A stretch of 64,000 nucleotides of DNA. It comes from Syntrophales bacterium. Its GTDB lineage: Bacteria; Desulfobacterota; Syntrophia; Syntrophales; UBA2210. The notes beneath the pieces are model-generated. The model was not told the DNA's origin and ran no database searches. It was given only the letters and a program-made list of their open reading frames with translations. The position numbers were made by a program, and so were the translations under genes. How positions within the stretch are numbered: position 1 is the first letter of the stretch; every line of letters begins with the position of its first letter. Location: assembly GCA_963662405.2 (NCBI GenBank), contig CAXXKT010000001.1:1440001-1504000 (forward strand), written 5' to 3'. This document shows positions 40,930 through 51,685 of the stretch, piece after piece.

Positions 40930-42618
40930 ATGTTGGAGCTGAACCGTCTTGCACAATATGAAGGGGTAAAAGGCCCGTTACTCCTGATTATCCTGGACGG
41001 TGTGGGGCTGTACCGGGGAGAGGAGGATGGCTATCCGGGCAATGCCGTCGATATGGCGGCTCCACCTACTCTGTGCCGCCTGATGAGGGAAGAACGTATC
41101 GTCCTCCGTCTCAAGGCGCACGGAGTCGCGGTGGGGATGCCGACCGACGCGGATCAGGGAAACAGCGAGATCGGTCACAATGCCATGGGGGCGGGGCGGG
41201 TCGTTGCGCAGGGGGCAAAGCTGGTCGATGAGGCCATCGAGACCGGTCGTCTCTTTGAAGGGGAAACCTGGAAGTCTCTGATCGACAATGCCCGGACGAA
41301 GCACACCCCGATTCACTTTATCGGCCTCATATCCGACGGGAATGTCCATAGCAACATCGCTCATCTGATTGCCCTGATCGGCCGGTGCGACCGGGAGGGT
41401 GTGGAAGAGGTCTATATCCACGGGCTCCTCGACGGACGGGATGTCCCCCCCATAAGCGCTTTGCGCTACTTCGGTGAGCTGGAGGACTATCTCTGGTCAT
41501 TACGGGCGCAGGCCTCTGAACAGGGGACTCGGCGCCGTTACTGTGTCGCCTCCGGGGGCGGCCGGATGGTGACCACCATGGATCGTTACGAGGCGGACTG
41601 GTCGATTGTCGAGCGGGGATATCGCGCCCATGTCCTGGGTGAGGGACCTCGATTCCCCGACTGCCTCACCGCCATTCGAACCTTGCGCGAGCAGGAGCGG
41701 GAGGACGATCAGTACCTTTCTCACTGGGTCGTTCATGATCCGGACGATCCGGCGGTTTCCCTCACGCGGATCGGAGACGGACACGGCGTTGTCCTGTTCA
41801 ACTTCCGGGGGGATCGGGCCATCGAGATCAGCCGTGCCTTTGTGGAAGACGACTTTGCCGGATTCCACCGTCAAAATCATCCTGCCGTCTTCTATGCCGG
41901 GATACTCGAATATGACGAGGATACCCATATGCCCCCCCACTTTCTCGTCTCTCCTCCCGAGATAGATCGAACGGTCTCGGAGTACCTGGCACGCAACGGT
42001 GTTTCGCAGTATGCCGTCAGCGAAACGCAAAAGTTCGGGCACGTGACCTATTTCTGGAACGGGAACAACTCCACCAAGTTTGATTCGAAGACGGAGGAGT
42101 GGGTGGAGATCGAATCCGATCGTCTCCCCTTCGACCAGGCGCCGCAGATGAAGGCCGACGAGATTGCCTCCCATGCCATCGCGGCACTCCAAGCCGGGAC
42201 GTACCGCTTTATTCGCCTGAACTTTCCCAATGGGGACATGGTGGGACACACGGGGTCGCTCCCCGCGGCGATGGAGGCCGTCAGGGCCGTCGATCGGGCG
42301 GTGAAAAGGATCATAGACGCGGCCGACGCAGTTGGCGCAACGGTAATCATAACGGCCGACCATGGAAACTGTGAGCAGATGTACGCCGTTGATGGGAAGA
42401 CGGGGAGACCCGTCATGGGACCCGGCGGGGAGTACCAGCCGCAGACGAGCCACACACTCAACCCGGTTCCTTTCATTATCCATGGGCCCGATACGGGGCG
42501 GTATGAATGTACCGATATCGCAGAACCGGGGCTGGCCAACATTGCCGGCACGCTCCTTTTTCTCCTTGGTTATGAAAGGCCGGACGATTACCTCGAACCG
42601 CTCATCCGGGTCGTCTGA
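40930..42618 (+). CDS. gpmI: 2,3-bisphosphoglycerate-independent phosphoglycerate mutase
   Basis: ILDGVG, GNSEIGH, DGNVHS, DGRD, NFRGDR, DMVGHTG, TADHGN, SHT.NPVP motifs. Confidence 0.95.
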   Translation: MLELNRLAQYEGVKGPLLLIILDGVGLYRGEEDGYPGNAVDMAAPPTLCRLMREERIVLRLKAHGVAVGMPTDADQGNSEIGHNAMGAGRVVAQGAKLVDEAIETGRLFEGETWKSLIDNARTKHTPIHFIGLISDGNVHSNIAHLIALIGRCDREGVEEVYIHGLLDGRDVPPISALRYFGELEDYLWSLRAQASEQGTRRRYCVASGGGRMVTTMDRYEADWSIVERGYRAHVLGEGPRFPDCLTAIRTLREQEREDDQYLSHWVVHDPDDPAVSLTRIGDGHGVVLFNFRGDRAIEISRAFVEDDFAGFHRQNHPAVFYAGILEYDEDTHMPPHFLVSPPEIDRTVSEYLARNGVSQYAVSETQKFGHVTYFWNGNNSTKFDSKTEEWVEIESDRLPFDQAPQMKADEIASHAIAALQAGTYRFIRLNFPNGDMVGHTGSLPAAMEAVRAVDRAVKRIIDAADAVGATVIITADHGNCEQMYAVDGKTGRPVMGPGGEYQPQTSHTLNPVPFIIHGPDTGRYECTDIAEPGLANIAGTLLFLLGYERPDDYLEPLIRVV

Positions 42619-42621
42619 GGC

Positions 42622-43086
42622 TCAATAGATCCCCGCCTCGATGCCGCCGGCGATCGTCTGCCCCAGTTCACGACACCTCTCGAGGATCTCATCCGTCACT
42701 CCCCCCTGTGTTCCCTTCGCGATGACGGGATCATACACCTTTTTGAATTGATAGCCGAGGGCGATTCGCTCGATACTGCTCAGGGCACCCGTTCCGTCGT
42801 TCCCCGCGCAGATAAAGACCACGTACGGTTTCCGGAATACCTTTCCCTCCGCCGGGTAAAAGGTGCGATCGAAGAAGTCCTTGAGCGCCCCCGACATATA
42901 TCCGAAATTCTCCGGTGTACCGATCGCGATCCCATCGCAGGCGAGGAGGTCTTCCAGGGACGCATCGGCCGCCCGCTTCAGGCGCACCTCTGTGTTTTCG
43001 ATGGACGCCGCCCCTTGGGCGACGGCCTGTGCCATCGTTTCGGTGTTCCCCGTTTGGGAATGGTATACAACCAGTATCGTGAACAT
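42622..43086 (-). CDS. Flavodoxin / WrbA-like NAD(P)H-dependent FMN protein
   Basis: YHSQTGNTE.MA, GTPENFGYMSG.LKDFFD. Confidence 0.85.
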   Translation of the reverse strand: MFTILVVYHSQTGNTETMAQAVAQGAASIENTEVRLKRAADASLEDLLACDGIAIGTPENFGYMSGALKDFFDRTFYPAEGKVFRKPYVVFICAGNDGTGALSSIERIALGYQFKKVYDPVIAKGTQGGVTDEILERCRELGQTIAGGIEAGIY

Positions 43087-43134
43087 TGCTCCTCCATCAT
43101 CATGAAAATATACGCGGCAGATACGGCACCACTT

Positions 43135-44844
43135 CTACGGTCGATACACCGCCTTTGTCTTCTTTGCCAATTCTTCTTTTCGCAGTTCCCGCCGGAGGAT
43201 CTTGCCGGTTTCGGTCTTAGGGAGCATAACGCGGAACTCCACCTCCGCCGGCAGCTTGTACGTGGCCAGTCTCCCCCGACAGAATTCGATCATCTCCTCC
43301 TCGGTCGCCTGTTCCCCCTCCCTGAGTACCACAAAGACCTTGACCCGCTCTCCCTTCCGAAGGTCGGGAATGCCGATGGCGCAGGCCTCCTGTACCTTCG
43401 GATTTTCATAAAATACCTCGTCCACATCGATGGGATAGATATTATATCCCCCCGAGATGATCATCTCTTTCTTGTGATCCGTTATGTAAAAATACCCTTC
43501 ATCATCCATGAGGGCCACATCACCGGTATAACACCAACTGTTTCTGATGACATCCGCGGTCTCAGTCGGCATATCCTTGTATCCCTTCATGACCTGCGGT
43601 CCCCTGATGATCAGCTCGCCCGGTGTCCCCACGGGCATATCGGTGAGACCGTCTTCCAGGTCGACGATCCGGCAGAGGGTATCTGAAACGGGGACGCCGA
43701 TGCTGCCGACCTTGCATGCTCCTTTCTCGAAGGGATTGATATGCGTGACGGGGGATGTTTCAGTGAGGCCGAATCCCTCGATGATGGAGACCCCGGTTAC
43801 CTCTTCAAACTCTCGGAGGACCTCGTGCTCAAAGGGGGCGCTCCCCGAGATACATCCCTTGACACATCCCATGTCGGTCTTGGGAAGAGCGGGGTGATTG
43901 AGCATTCCTATATACATGGTCGGTACCATCGCCACAAAAGATGGTTGGTACGTTCGTATCGCCTTGAGGAGAAAGTCCGTCTTCGGTTTGGGGATCAGGA
44001 TATCTGTCCACCCCATATAGATGGAAAAATTCATGACCGTGGACAGACCGAAGGTATGAAAGAAAGGCAGTGCTCCCAGTGCCCGCTCGTTCCCTTTTTC
44101 AAAGGAAGGGAACCATGCAGCCATCTGTTGGACCTGGACACTGAGATTGGCGTGGGTGAGCATTACCCCCTTCGACACCCCGGCCGTTCCCCCGGTGTAC
44201 TGATACATGGCAACATCTTCAAAAGCCGGTTTCTCCGGTGGTGGACCCGGTAGATGCGTTTCCAGACACTCTTTCCAGGTGTACACTTCGGGTGCCGTCT
44301 TTACCGCAGCGATCAGTCTTTTGCGCTTTGCCGTAAAGCGGAAGAGAATAGTGCGCGAGAAGGGGAGGTACTCTCCGACGGAGGTATAGACGATCTGTTT
44401 GATCGGTGTCTCCGGGCGGAGATCGATCATTCGGTTCCCGAGGAGATCAATCGTTACCAGGACCTTCGCGCCTGATTGATTGAACTGGTGCTTCAGCTCC
44501 GCATCCGAGTAGAGAGGGTTGGTCATAACCGCCACCCCTCCGATCTTCAGGATGGCATAGTAGGCGGCGACGCAAGGGATCAGATTAGGCATGAGTACGG
44601 CAACGGCATCGCCGGGGCCGATGCCGAATGAAATCAGGCAGGCGGCAAAGCGGTCAACCATCTCCGCGAGTCTCTGATATGCGAGCGGATACCCGTCGCA
44701 GATCAAGGCCTCCCGTTCGGGGAACCGGTGGGCCGACCGCTCGAGGATATCGGGGAGACAGATCTCCTCGTATTCAATATTTTCCGGAATCCCATCTTGA
44801 TACACTCTCAGCCAGGGCTTATCCTCATACCGTACCGCTGTCAT
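43135..44844 (-). CDS. Long-chain-fatty-acid-CoA ligase (FadD-like)
   Basis: QYTGGTAGVSKG, EGFGLTETSP, TGD, LPKT..GKILRR motifs. Confidence 0.9.
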   Translation of the reverse strand: MTAVRYEDKPWLRVYQDGIPENIEYEEICLPDILERSAHRFPEREALICDGYPLAYQRLAEMVDRFAACLISFGIGPGDAVAVLMPNLIPCVAAYYAILKIGGVAVMTNPLYSDAELKHQFNQSGAKVLVTIDLLGNRMIDLRPETPIKQIVYTSVGEYLPFSRTILFRFTAKRKRLIAAVKTAPEVYTWKECLETHLPGPPPEKPAFEDVAMYQYTGGTAGVSKGVMLTHANLSVQVQQMAAWFPSFEKGNERALGALPFFHTFGLSTVMNFSIYMGWTDILIPKPKTDFLLKAIRTYQPSFVAMVPTMYIGMLNHPALPKTDMGCVKGCISGSAPFEHEVLREFEEVTGVSIIEGFGLTETSPVTHINPFEKGACKVGSIGVPVSDTLCRIVDLEDGLTDMPVGTPGELIIRGPQVMKGYKDMPTETADVIRNSWCYTGDVALMDDEGYFYITDHKKEMIISGGYNIYPIDVDEVFYENPKVQEACAIGIPDLRKGERVKVFVVLREGEQATEEEMIEFCRGRLATYKLPAEVEFRVMLPKTETGKILRRELRKEELAKKTKAVYRP

Positions 44845-44880
44845 ACGCTCCCCCTTCTTACGTTTTCCCGACCCCAGAAC

Positions 44881-44915
44881 AAAAAGGGCTCTCGATCCTA
44901 CGGATCGAGGGCCCT
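44881..44915 (-). terminator. Intrinsic terminator after EMO gene
   Basis: AGGGCTCTCGATCC-tac-GGATCGAGGGCCCT with a U-tract on the minus strand. Confidence 0.7.
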
Positions 44916-44972
44916 CTCCACTACCCTAATACGAGATACATCTTCCACCTTATCGGTTGAAGTCTCTTCTCC

Positions 44973-47108
44973 CTAGGCCTCCTCGACGGGGGGCTCCTCG
45001 GTCTCCACCTTTTCTTCGAGACCCATAGAATTCCAAGCGATTTCGGCGATATCCAGTGCTACCATCTTCTCTTCCATCTGGCGGTCCTTGATGCCGTCCG
45101 CCATCATGGTGAGGCAGAAGGGACAGCCCACTGCGATCGTATCCGCCTTCGCAGCGATGGCCTGATCCGCCCGCATATCGTTGATCCGATCGCCGATATC
45201 CTCTTCCATCCACATCCTCCCGCCACCGGCGCCGCAACAGAAGCTCTTGGCGCGGTTTCGATCCATCTCCGCCAGTTGCATCCCGGGAACGGCCTGCAGG
45301 ACCTTGCGCGGCTGCTCGTAGATATTATTGTACCGACCCAGGAAGCAGGAGTCGTGGTAGGTAAAGGTTCCCTGGACCGAATCTTTCAGTTTGATCTTTC
45401 CCTGTGCAATCAGATCGGCAATGATCTCGCTGTGATGATAGACCTCGAAATTGCCGCCGAAATGCGGGTAATCTTTTTTGATCATGTTATAGCCGTGGGG
45501 ACAGGTGCAGATGATCTTCTTCACGCCGTACCCGTTCATCACCTCTATGTTCATCTGTGCCAATGTTTGGGAGAGGTATTCATTTCCGCCCCGCATCGCG
45601 GAGTCGCCACAGCAACCCTCTTCCTCGCCGAGGATACCGAAACTGACACCGGCCTCCTTGAGCAGTTTTGCAAAGGCGATCGTCACCTTTTTGCCCCTGT
45701 CGTCAAAAGATCCGGAGCATCCAACATAGAAGAGGTACTCTACATTGGAATCTTCGGCCATTGTCTTGACACCCAGTTCTTTGGCCCACTCGGCCCTCAG
45801 GTGTGTCCCGATCCCCCACGGGTTGGAGTTGTTCTCCATATTACGGTACGTTAACTGCAGCTCGGGAGAGAAATCGGCCTCCATGAGTACCTTGTACTGT
45901 CGCATCCCGGTGATCATGGGGACATGCTCGTTAAAGACGGGGCAGGCCTCCATGCAGTACATGCAGTTCGTACACGCCCACAGTTCGTGGAGATCGATAA
46001 CCTCGCCCACCATCGCCTTCTCCGGCTCCGGTATCGCGGCCTCTTCCCCTTCTTTGGCGGCCTTCTTCGCCGCCATGACGACGGGAGCCCGCTCCAACCA
46101 GTACTCCTTAATGTCCTGATGGAGTTTCTTCGGGGAGAGGGGTTTGCCCGACAGGTAGGCGGGGCATCCGTCCTGGCACCGTCCGCACTTCAGACAGGCA
46201 TCGCTGTTGAAGATCTGTTTCCACGTGAAGTCTTCGAGCTGTCCGACGCCGAAGGATTCGGCATTTTCAAAGTCGGCAATGGGTTCGAGATACCCCGTCG
46301 GCTTCAGCGATCGCATATACTGGTTAGCCGGCGCAAGCGCGATATGGATCAGCTTCGAGAAGGGCAGATACGCGATAAAGCCGAAGGCGAGAAAGGCATG
46401 GAGCCACCACGTCAGCTTGTGAAGGATCCTGACCGTATCGTAGTTGATCCCCGACAGGGTCTTTGCGAAGGCGTATCCCACAAAGGACCACCCACCCCAG
46501 GTGTACCCGTCGACGTTGATATTCACATGAAGTCGGAACCCCTCGAGGAGAAATCCCGTCACGATGATACCGGCGATGAGAATCAGGATAATCGCATCGT
46601 CCGCCGTGGCATCCAGTTTTCCCCGGTAACCGAGTCGATCCGGTTTCTGGACATATTTTCTCCAGACCGCCAGGACGACACCGACGAGGACCGCAAGACC
46701 GAACACCTCCATAATAAAAGAAAACCAGAGATAGAAGCTGCCGTTAAAGAACGGGACAAGGAAGGGAAGGTGGAAGTGGGTCGCATCGAAAGCCGCACCG
46801 AATATCAGAACAAAAAACCCGAAGAAGATCAGGGCATGCATGGCTCCCGGAAAGGCATCCTTGAATGTTCGCGCCTGCAAGAGGCCGTTCAGGAGGAGGG
46901 ACTTGACCCGATCTCCCGCGTTATCGGTCCTGTTCTCCGGTTTGCCGATTGCCTTCCACATCTGCCAGCGCAGATAGAACCCATAGGCACAGATCGCTAT
47001 GGCAATCGCTGCAAATAAGAAAAGTACCGGTTCGGAAGGAAATGGGGCATTCCAGAATACCTCTCTCCCCTCATTTCCCACAGAGTATACCTGTCCGCCG
47101 TGTGCCAT
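44973..47108 (-). CDS. Membrane-anchored heme b/Fe-S oxidoreductase (DUF224/HdrF-like; ETF:(methyl)menaquinone oxidoreductase EMO)
   Basis: NarI-like TM region with His ligands (MHALIF, WWLH, KLIH), CxxCxxCxxxCP x2, two CCG domains. Adjacent to etfAB. Confidence 0.88.
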   Translation of the reverse strand: MAHGGQVYSVGNEGREVFWNAPFPSEPVLFLFAAIAIAICAYGFYLRWQMWKAIGKPENRTDNAGDRVKSLLLNGLLQARTFKDAFPGAMHALIFFGFFVLIFGAAFDATHFHLPFLVPFFNGSFYLWFSFIMEVFGLAVLVGVVLAVWRKYVQKPDRLGYRGKLDATADDAIILILIAGIIVTGFLLEGFRLHVNINVDGYTWGGWSFVGYAFAKTLSGINYDTVRILHKLTWWLHAFLAFGFIAYLPFSKLIHIALAPANQYMRSLKPTGYLEPIADFENAESFGVGQLEDFTWKQIFNSDACLKCGRCQDGCPAYLSGKPLSPKKLHQDIKEYWLERAPVVMAAKKAAKEGEEAAIPEPEKAMVGEVIDLHELWACTNCMYCMEACPVFNEHVPMITGMRQYKVLMEADFSPELQLTYRNMENNSNPWGIGTHLRAEWAKELGVKTMAEDSNVEYLFYVGCSGSFDDRGKKVTIAFAKLLKEAGVSFGILGEEEGCCGDSAMRGGNEYLSQTLAQMNIEVMNGYGVKKIICTCPHGYNMIKKDYPHFGGNFEVYHHSEIIADLIAQGKIKLKDSVQGTFTYHDSCFLGRYNNIYEQPRKVLQAVPGMQLAEMDRNRAKSFCCGAGGGRMWMEEDIGDRINDMRADQAIAAKADTIAVGCPFCLTMMADGIKDRQMEEKMVALDIAEIAWNSMGLEEKVETEEPPVEEA

Positions 47109-47245
47109 AATGTTATCGCCTCCATATAGGAATTTCAGATTTCTAACCCTGCTGGTTTCCTAAAAGGTGAGGGGGTCTTACTACTCCTCATTCTTTTACA
47201 AAGCCAAAAGGATCAAAGATCACTGTAACGCTCGGATTGGTGTTC

Positions 47246-47279
47246 AAAAAAGTGGGGGTGGATATGATATCCACCCCCA
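47246..47279 (-). terminator. Intrinsic terminator between etfA and EMO
   Basis: TGGGGGTGGATA-tga-TATCCACCCCCA with a U-tract on the minus strand. Confidence 0.7.
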
Positions 47280-47288
47280 TATTGCCTA

Positions 47289-48263
47289 TTACAGGATTTT
47301 TTTAACTTCCGCGGTCAGCTCCGGCACGACCTTGAACAGATCGTCCACGATACCGTAGTCGGCCTTGGCAAATATCGGCGCCTCCTCATCCTTGTTGATG
47401 GCGACGATATACTTGGAGGAACTCATCCCGGCCAGATGCTGAATGGCCCCGGAGATTCCGCAGGCGATATACAGGTTCGGGGAGACCACCTTACCGGTCT
47501 GTCCCACCTGGTCCGTCTGGGGTTTCCATCCCGCGTCAACCGCGGCCCTGGAGGCGCCCACGGCCGCGCCGAGAAGTCCGGCCAGCTCTTCAAGGATCTT
47601 GTACTCGTCGGGACCCTTCATACCGCGACCGCCGGAGATGATGACGTTCGCCTCCGTCAGTTCGATCTTGCCGCTTGCATCCTCCTGTGTCTCAAGGACC
47701 TTGGTCTTGAGGGCGTCAGCGGGGATACCCGCGTCGAACTTCACTACCTCGCCCGCCTTGGCATTCTCCACCGCGGCGAAGACATTTGGACGCAGTGTCG
47801 CCATCTGGGGAAAGCTTTCGATACCCACTTCCGCGAAGGTCTTGCCAGCGTACATCGGTCTGACGGCAACCATCTTACCACCATCAATCTTCAGCTCCGT
47901 GCAGTCGGAAGCCATGCCGGTGGCCAGTTTCCCAACCAGGCTCGCCCCAAGATCTTTGCCCTGCACCGATGCGCCCAGAAGCAGGATCGACGCATCATTT
48001 TCCTTCACAACCTTGGCAACCGCCGCGCTGTACGCATCGGTTGTATAATCGGCATAGATGGCGTCATCCGCCAGATATACCTTGTCCACACCATATTTGG
48101 CCAGTTCCGGGGCAAGTCCCTCAACACCGGACCCCACCAGAACCGCGTTTACCTCCTCGCCCAGTTCATCAGCAAGCTTTCTTGCCGCACTGGCAATCTC
48201 GAAAGAGACCTTGCGAAGGGCGCCACCTCTCTGTTCAGCAACTATCCATACACCTTTTGCCAT
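47289..48263 (-). CDS. etfA: Electron transfer flavoprotein alpha subunit
   Basis: ISGGRG, GASRAAVDAGW, QVGQTGK, GISGAIQH motifs. Confidence 0.97.
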   Translation of the reverse strand: MAKGVWIVAEQRGGALRKVSFEIASAARKLADELGEEVNAVLVGSGVEGLAPELAKYGVDKVYLADDAIYADYTTDAYSAAVAKVVKENDASILLLGASVQGKDLGASLVGKLATGMASDCTELKIDGGKMVAVRPMYAGKTFAEVGIESFPQMATLRPNVFAAVENAKAGEVVKFDAGIPADALKTKVLETQEDASGKIELTEANVIISGGRGMKGPDEYKILEELAGLLGAAVGASRAAVDAGWKPQTDQVGQTGKVVSPNLYIACGISGAIQHLAGMSSSKYIVAINKDEEAPIFAKADYGIVDDLFKVVPELTAEVKKIL

Positions 48264-48288
48264 TTTTTTATCCTCCTCTTCCCTCCGG

Positions 48289-49050
48289 TTAAATTACCTT
48301 GGCCTCTTCCCTCAGCAACTTGGCCAACTCAGCGGCCTTCACAGCCGGATCGTCGCCACCGATGATCTTTCCTGGGGCCCTCTCCGGAGGGGGAGTCATC
48401 TTGAGAATCTTTGCCTTCGGCTCAACGGAAATACCGAGTGCCGCAGCGTCCTTCACATCGACCGGTTTCTTCTTCGCCTTCATGATACCGGGGAGAGATG
48501 CGTAACGCGGTTCGTTCAGACCCTTCTGTGCGGTAACAACGCAGGGCATCGGGCTCTCTATTATAAGCTGTGCCCCTTCGATGGGTTTAGTGGCCTTTAC
48601 CTTGCCGTCCGCCACTTCAAGCCCGGTCACGATAGTGACCTGGGGAATCCCGAGCAGTTCGGCCAGGATGGATCCGACCTGAGCGGAGTCATCGTCAATC
48701 GCCCTCTGTCCGCAGAAGATAATATCGGGATTGATCTCTTTGATGGCGGCTGCCAGCGCGGCTGCCGTGTTGTACTCGTCCGCCTCATCAATGGTGATAT
48801 GAACCCCTTTTTCCGCGCCCATGGCAAGGGCAGTCCGGATCGTCTCCATCGCCCGTGCGGGACCGACTGATACAACGGTCACCTCTCCACCATTCGCCTC
48901 TTTCAGCTTCAGGGCTTCTTCGACACCGTACTCATCATAGGGATTCATGACCCACTTGATTCCGCCCTCTTCAATACCGGAGCCGTCAGCTTTTACCTTG
49001 ATTAACGCCTCGGTATCAGGGACCTGTTTTACACATGCAACTATGTTCAC
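48289..49050 (-). CDS. etfB: Electron transfer flavoprotein beta subunit
   Basis: CVKQVPD, MNPYDE..VEEA, ALAMGA, NEPRY motifs. Confidence 0.97.
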   Translation of the reverse strand: MNIVACVKQVPDTEALIKVKADGSGIEEGGIKWVMNPYDEYGVEEALKLKEANGGEVTVVSVGPARAMETIRTALAMGAEKGVHITIDEADEYNTAAALAAAIKEINPDIIFCGQRAIDDDSAQVGSILAELLGIPQVTIVTGLEVADGKVKATKPIEGAQLIIESPMPCVVTAQKGLNEPRYASLPGIMKAKKKPVDVKDAAALGISVEPKAKILKMTPPPERAPGKIIGGDDPAVKAAELAKLLREEAKVI

Positions 49051-49121
49051 AATTGCCTCCTTTCACCGATGAGTGTGAATCTCTTTACTTCTGCACTCAT
49101 CTGTTATTATTGATTGTACTC

Positions 49122-49154
49122 CCGGTTTCTCCCCCGTGGTAGGGGAGAAACCGG
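49122..49154. other. Strong stem-loop between acs and etfB without a U-tract
   Basis: CCGGTTTCTCCCC-cgtggta-GGGGAGAAACCGG. Confidence 0.55.
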
Positions 49155-49170
49155 AAAGAGTAATACTCTC

Positions 49171-51141
49171 TTACAAACGGTTTTTCAAGATATCATCTAC
49201 AACGGATGGATCGGCCAGTGTTGAGGTGTCACCCAAGTCATCGATTTCGTTGGCTGCTACCTTCTTCAGGATTCTGCGCATGATCTTGCCGCTTCTGGTC
49301 TTGGGAAGACCGTCCGCCCACTGGATCTTCTCAGGTGTGGCGATCGGGCCGATCTCCTTGCGGACGTGGGCAACGAGCTCTTTCCTCAACTCATCCGTCT
49401 TCTCGACGCCGGTATTCACGGTAACATAAGCGTAAATCGACTGTCCCTTCATCTCATGGGGATACCCGACAACGGCCGCTTCAGCCACCATTGCATGCTT
49501 AACCAGGGCTGATTCGACCTCGGCCGTTCCCATGCGGTGACCGGAGACGTTGATAACATCGTCGATACGACCCGTAATCTGGTAGTACCCATCGGCATCC
49601 CTTCTCGCGCCGTCGCCCGCCACGTAGTAGCCGGGGAACTGCTCGAAATAGGTCTCCTTGAATCTCTGGGTATCACCGTAGATCCCTCTCGTGAGGCCGG
49701 GCCAGGGTTTCTTGATGCAGAGGGCGCCCGAAGCAACGGTATCCGTCAGTTCTTTCCCCTCATCGTCCAGGAGGACCGGCCAGACACCCATAAAGGGTAC
49801 CGTCGCCATACCCGGTTTGATGTCGGTGGCACCGGGGAGGGGAGTAATCAGGATGCCGCCCGTCTCCGACTGCCACCAGGTATCGACGATCGGGCACTCT
49901 CCGCGTCCGATGAGGTTGAAGTACCAGTTCCATGCCTCGGGGTTAATCGGTTCGCCCACCGTACCGAGGATCCTGAGCGAGGAGATATCGGCTGCCTTGA
50001 CCCAGGTGTCACCCTCTTTGGCGATGGAGCGGATGGCGGTCGGAGCGGTATAGAAAATGTTGACCTTGTACTTTTCAACGATTTTCCAGAACCGGCTCAT
50101 ATCCGGATAGTTCGGGATCCCTTCAAACTGGATGGAGGTGGCACCGTTGCAGAGCGGACCATAGACGATGTAGCTGTGGCCGGTGACCCACCCGATATCG
50201 GCGGTGCACCAGTAGACGTCACCCTCCTGATAGTCGAAGACCATCTTGTGCGTATAGGCCACATAAGTGAGATAACCGCCCGTGGTATGGACAACGCCCT
50301 TCGGCTTTCCGGTAGAACCTGATGTGTAGAGGATGAAGAGAGGATCTTCGGAATCCATCCACTCCGGTTCGCAGTTGGCGTCGACCTTCGCCATTTCATC
50401 GTTCCACCAAAGGTCTTTTCCTTCGGTCCAGTCACACTTGATCTTGTCCCCGACACGTTCAACAACAACCACCTTCTCAATCGAGGGGCATTCGCTGACG
50501 GCGAGGTCTGCATTTGTCTTCTGCGGGATGGCTTTTGCGCCGCGGAATGTGCCGTCACAGGTGACGAGCATCTTTGCGTTACTGTCCTGAATCCTGTCCC
50601 TGAGGGCGTCCGCAGAGAAACCGCCGAATACGATACTGTGGATCACACCGATACGGGTGCAGGCCAGCATGGAGACAACCAGTTCGGGGATCATGGGCAG
50701 ATAGATCACCGCCCGGTCACCCTTCTTCAGGCCCTGGGCCTTGAGGACATTGGCGAATTTGCAGACCTCTTCATGGAGTTCCTTATAGGTGATGCCCCTC
50801 TCTTCACCGGGCTCGTTCCCTTCCCACTGAATGGCGACCTGGTCGCCTTTCTTCTCGAGGTGCCGGTCGAGGCAGTTATAAGAGACATTCAGCTTGCCGC
50901 CTTCGAAGTATTTGATGTAGATATCGCCTTTCCTGTGGTCGAAGTTGTAATCTTCGACCTTGTCCCACTTCTTGAACCAGGTCACATACTCTTCCGCTAT
51001 CTCAGCCCAGAAGCCCTCCGGGTCCTCAAGAGAACGTTTGTAAATCTTTTCATACTCCTCTTCTCCTTTGATATGGGCCTTCTCTTTTATCCATGCCGGT
51101 ACCGGATAAACCTCTTTCAATGCTACCTTCTCTTCCGCCAT
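49171..51141 (-). CDS. acs: Acetyl-CoA synthetase (AMP-forming)
   Basis: [48 protein letters not shown] motifs. Confidence 0.97.
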   Translation of the reverse strand: MAEEKVALKEVYPVPAWIKEKAHIKGEEEYEKIYKRSLEDPEGFWAEIAEEYVTWFKKWDKVEDYNFDHRKGDIYIKYFEGGKLNVSYNCLDRHLEKKGDQVAIQWEGNEPGEERGITYKELHEEVCKFANVLKAQGLKKGDRAVIYLPMIPELVVSMLACTRIGVIHSIVFGGFSADALRDRIQDSNAKMLVTCDGTFRGAKAIPQKTNADLAVSECPSIEKVVVVERVGDKIKCDWTEGKDLWWNDEMAKVDANCEPEWMDSEDPLFILYTSGSTGKPKGVVHTTGGYLTYVAYTHKMVFDYQEGDVYWCTADIGWVTGHSYIVYGPLCNGATSIQFEGIPNYPDMSRFWKIVEKYKVNIFYTAPTAIRSIAKEGDTWVKAADISSLRILGTVGEPINPEAWNWYFNLIGRGECPIVDTWWQSETGGILITPLPGATDIKPGMATVPFMGVWPVLLDDEGKELTDTVASGALCIKKPWPGLTRGIYGDTQRFKETYFEQFPGYYVAGDGARRDADGYYQITGRIDDVINVSGHRMGTAEVESALVKHAMVAEAAVVGYPHEMKGQSIYAYVTVNTGVEKTDELRKELVAHVRKEIGPIATPEKIQWADGLPKTRSGKIMRRILKKVAANEIDDLGDTSTLADPSVVDDILKNRL

Positions 51142-51483
51142 TGCTTTGCTACCTCCATTTTTTGTTGTTTTCTGTAAAATGTTTCACTGGACTCAGCAAC
51201 ACCATGATCAGCTCCGGGAGGAGAAAGGCCTCCATAATCCGGGACTTGTTACCGCGAGACAACCCAAGGTCAGAATATGACTAAAGGTCATACGGCTCAG
51301 TGAAGTAATCAAAAAAAGGGATGGATGTCAAGGAAAAAAACTTAAAGTATCGGGCCGGATAAATCCGACTGTAAGGGATCTATTGAAAGCACCCCCTGCA
51401 TGGATTAAGAGAGTGATTTCTTCTCGAATCAATGTTGGTACCTTATTTCATGTCGCCGGGCTATTATTACACCGGAGTCGATT

Positions 51484-51685
51484 TTGGATGTATATACAAT
51501 GGATGGGGCGTTGTCCGTCTGTGCTGATGGGGAGTGGGGCTTTTGTTCCAGTTCCAGTGACACGCGATCCTTTCGGTACGGTGACTATTCCCCCTCTCAA
51601 CGGGTGGGGAATTTTCACCCTGATCGGGCTTATCTTGGCGGAAGGGACGAGAAGGACGAGGAGAAACAAACAGGAGGATCGGTAG
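51484..51685 (+). pseudogene. Possible remnant of an IPTL-CTERM sorting-signal protein
   Basis: TIPPLNGWGIFTLIGLILAEGTRRTRR* resembles IPTL-x-x-WG-hydrophobic-RRR. No credible intact ORF upstream. Confidence 0.4.
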
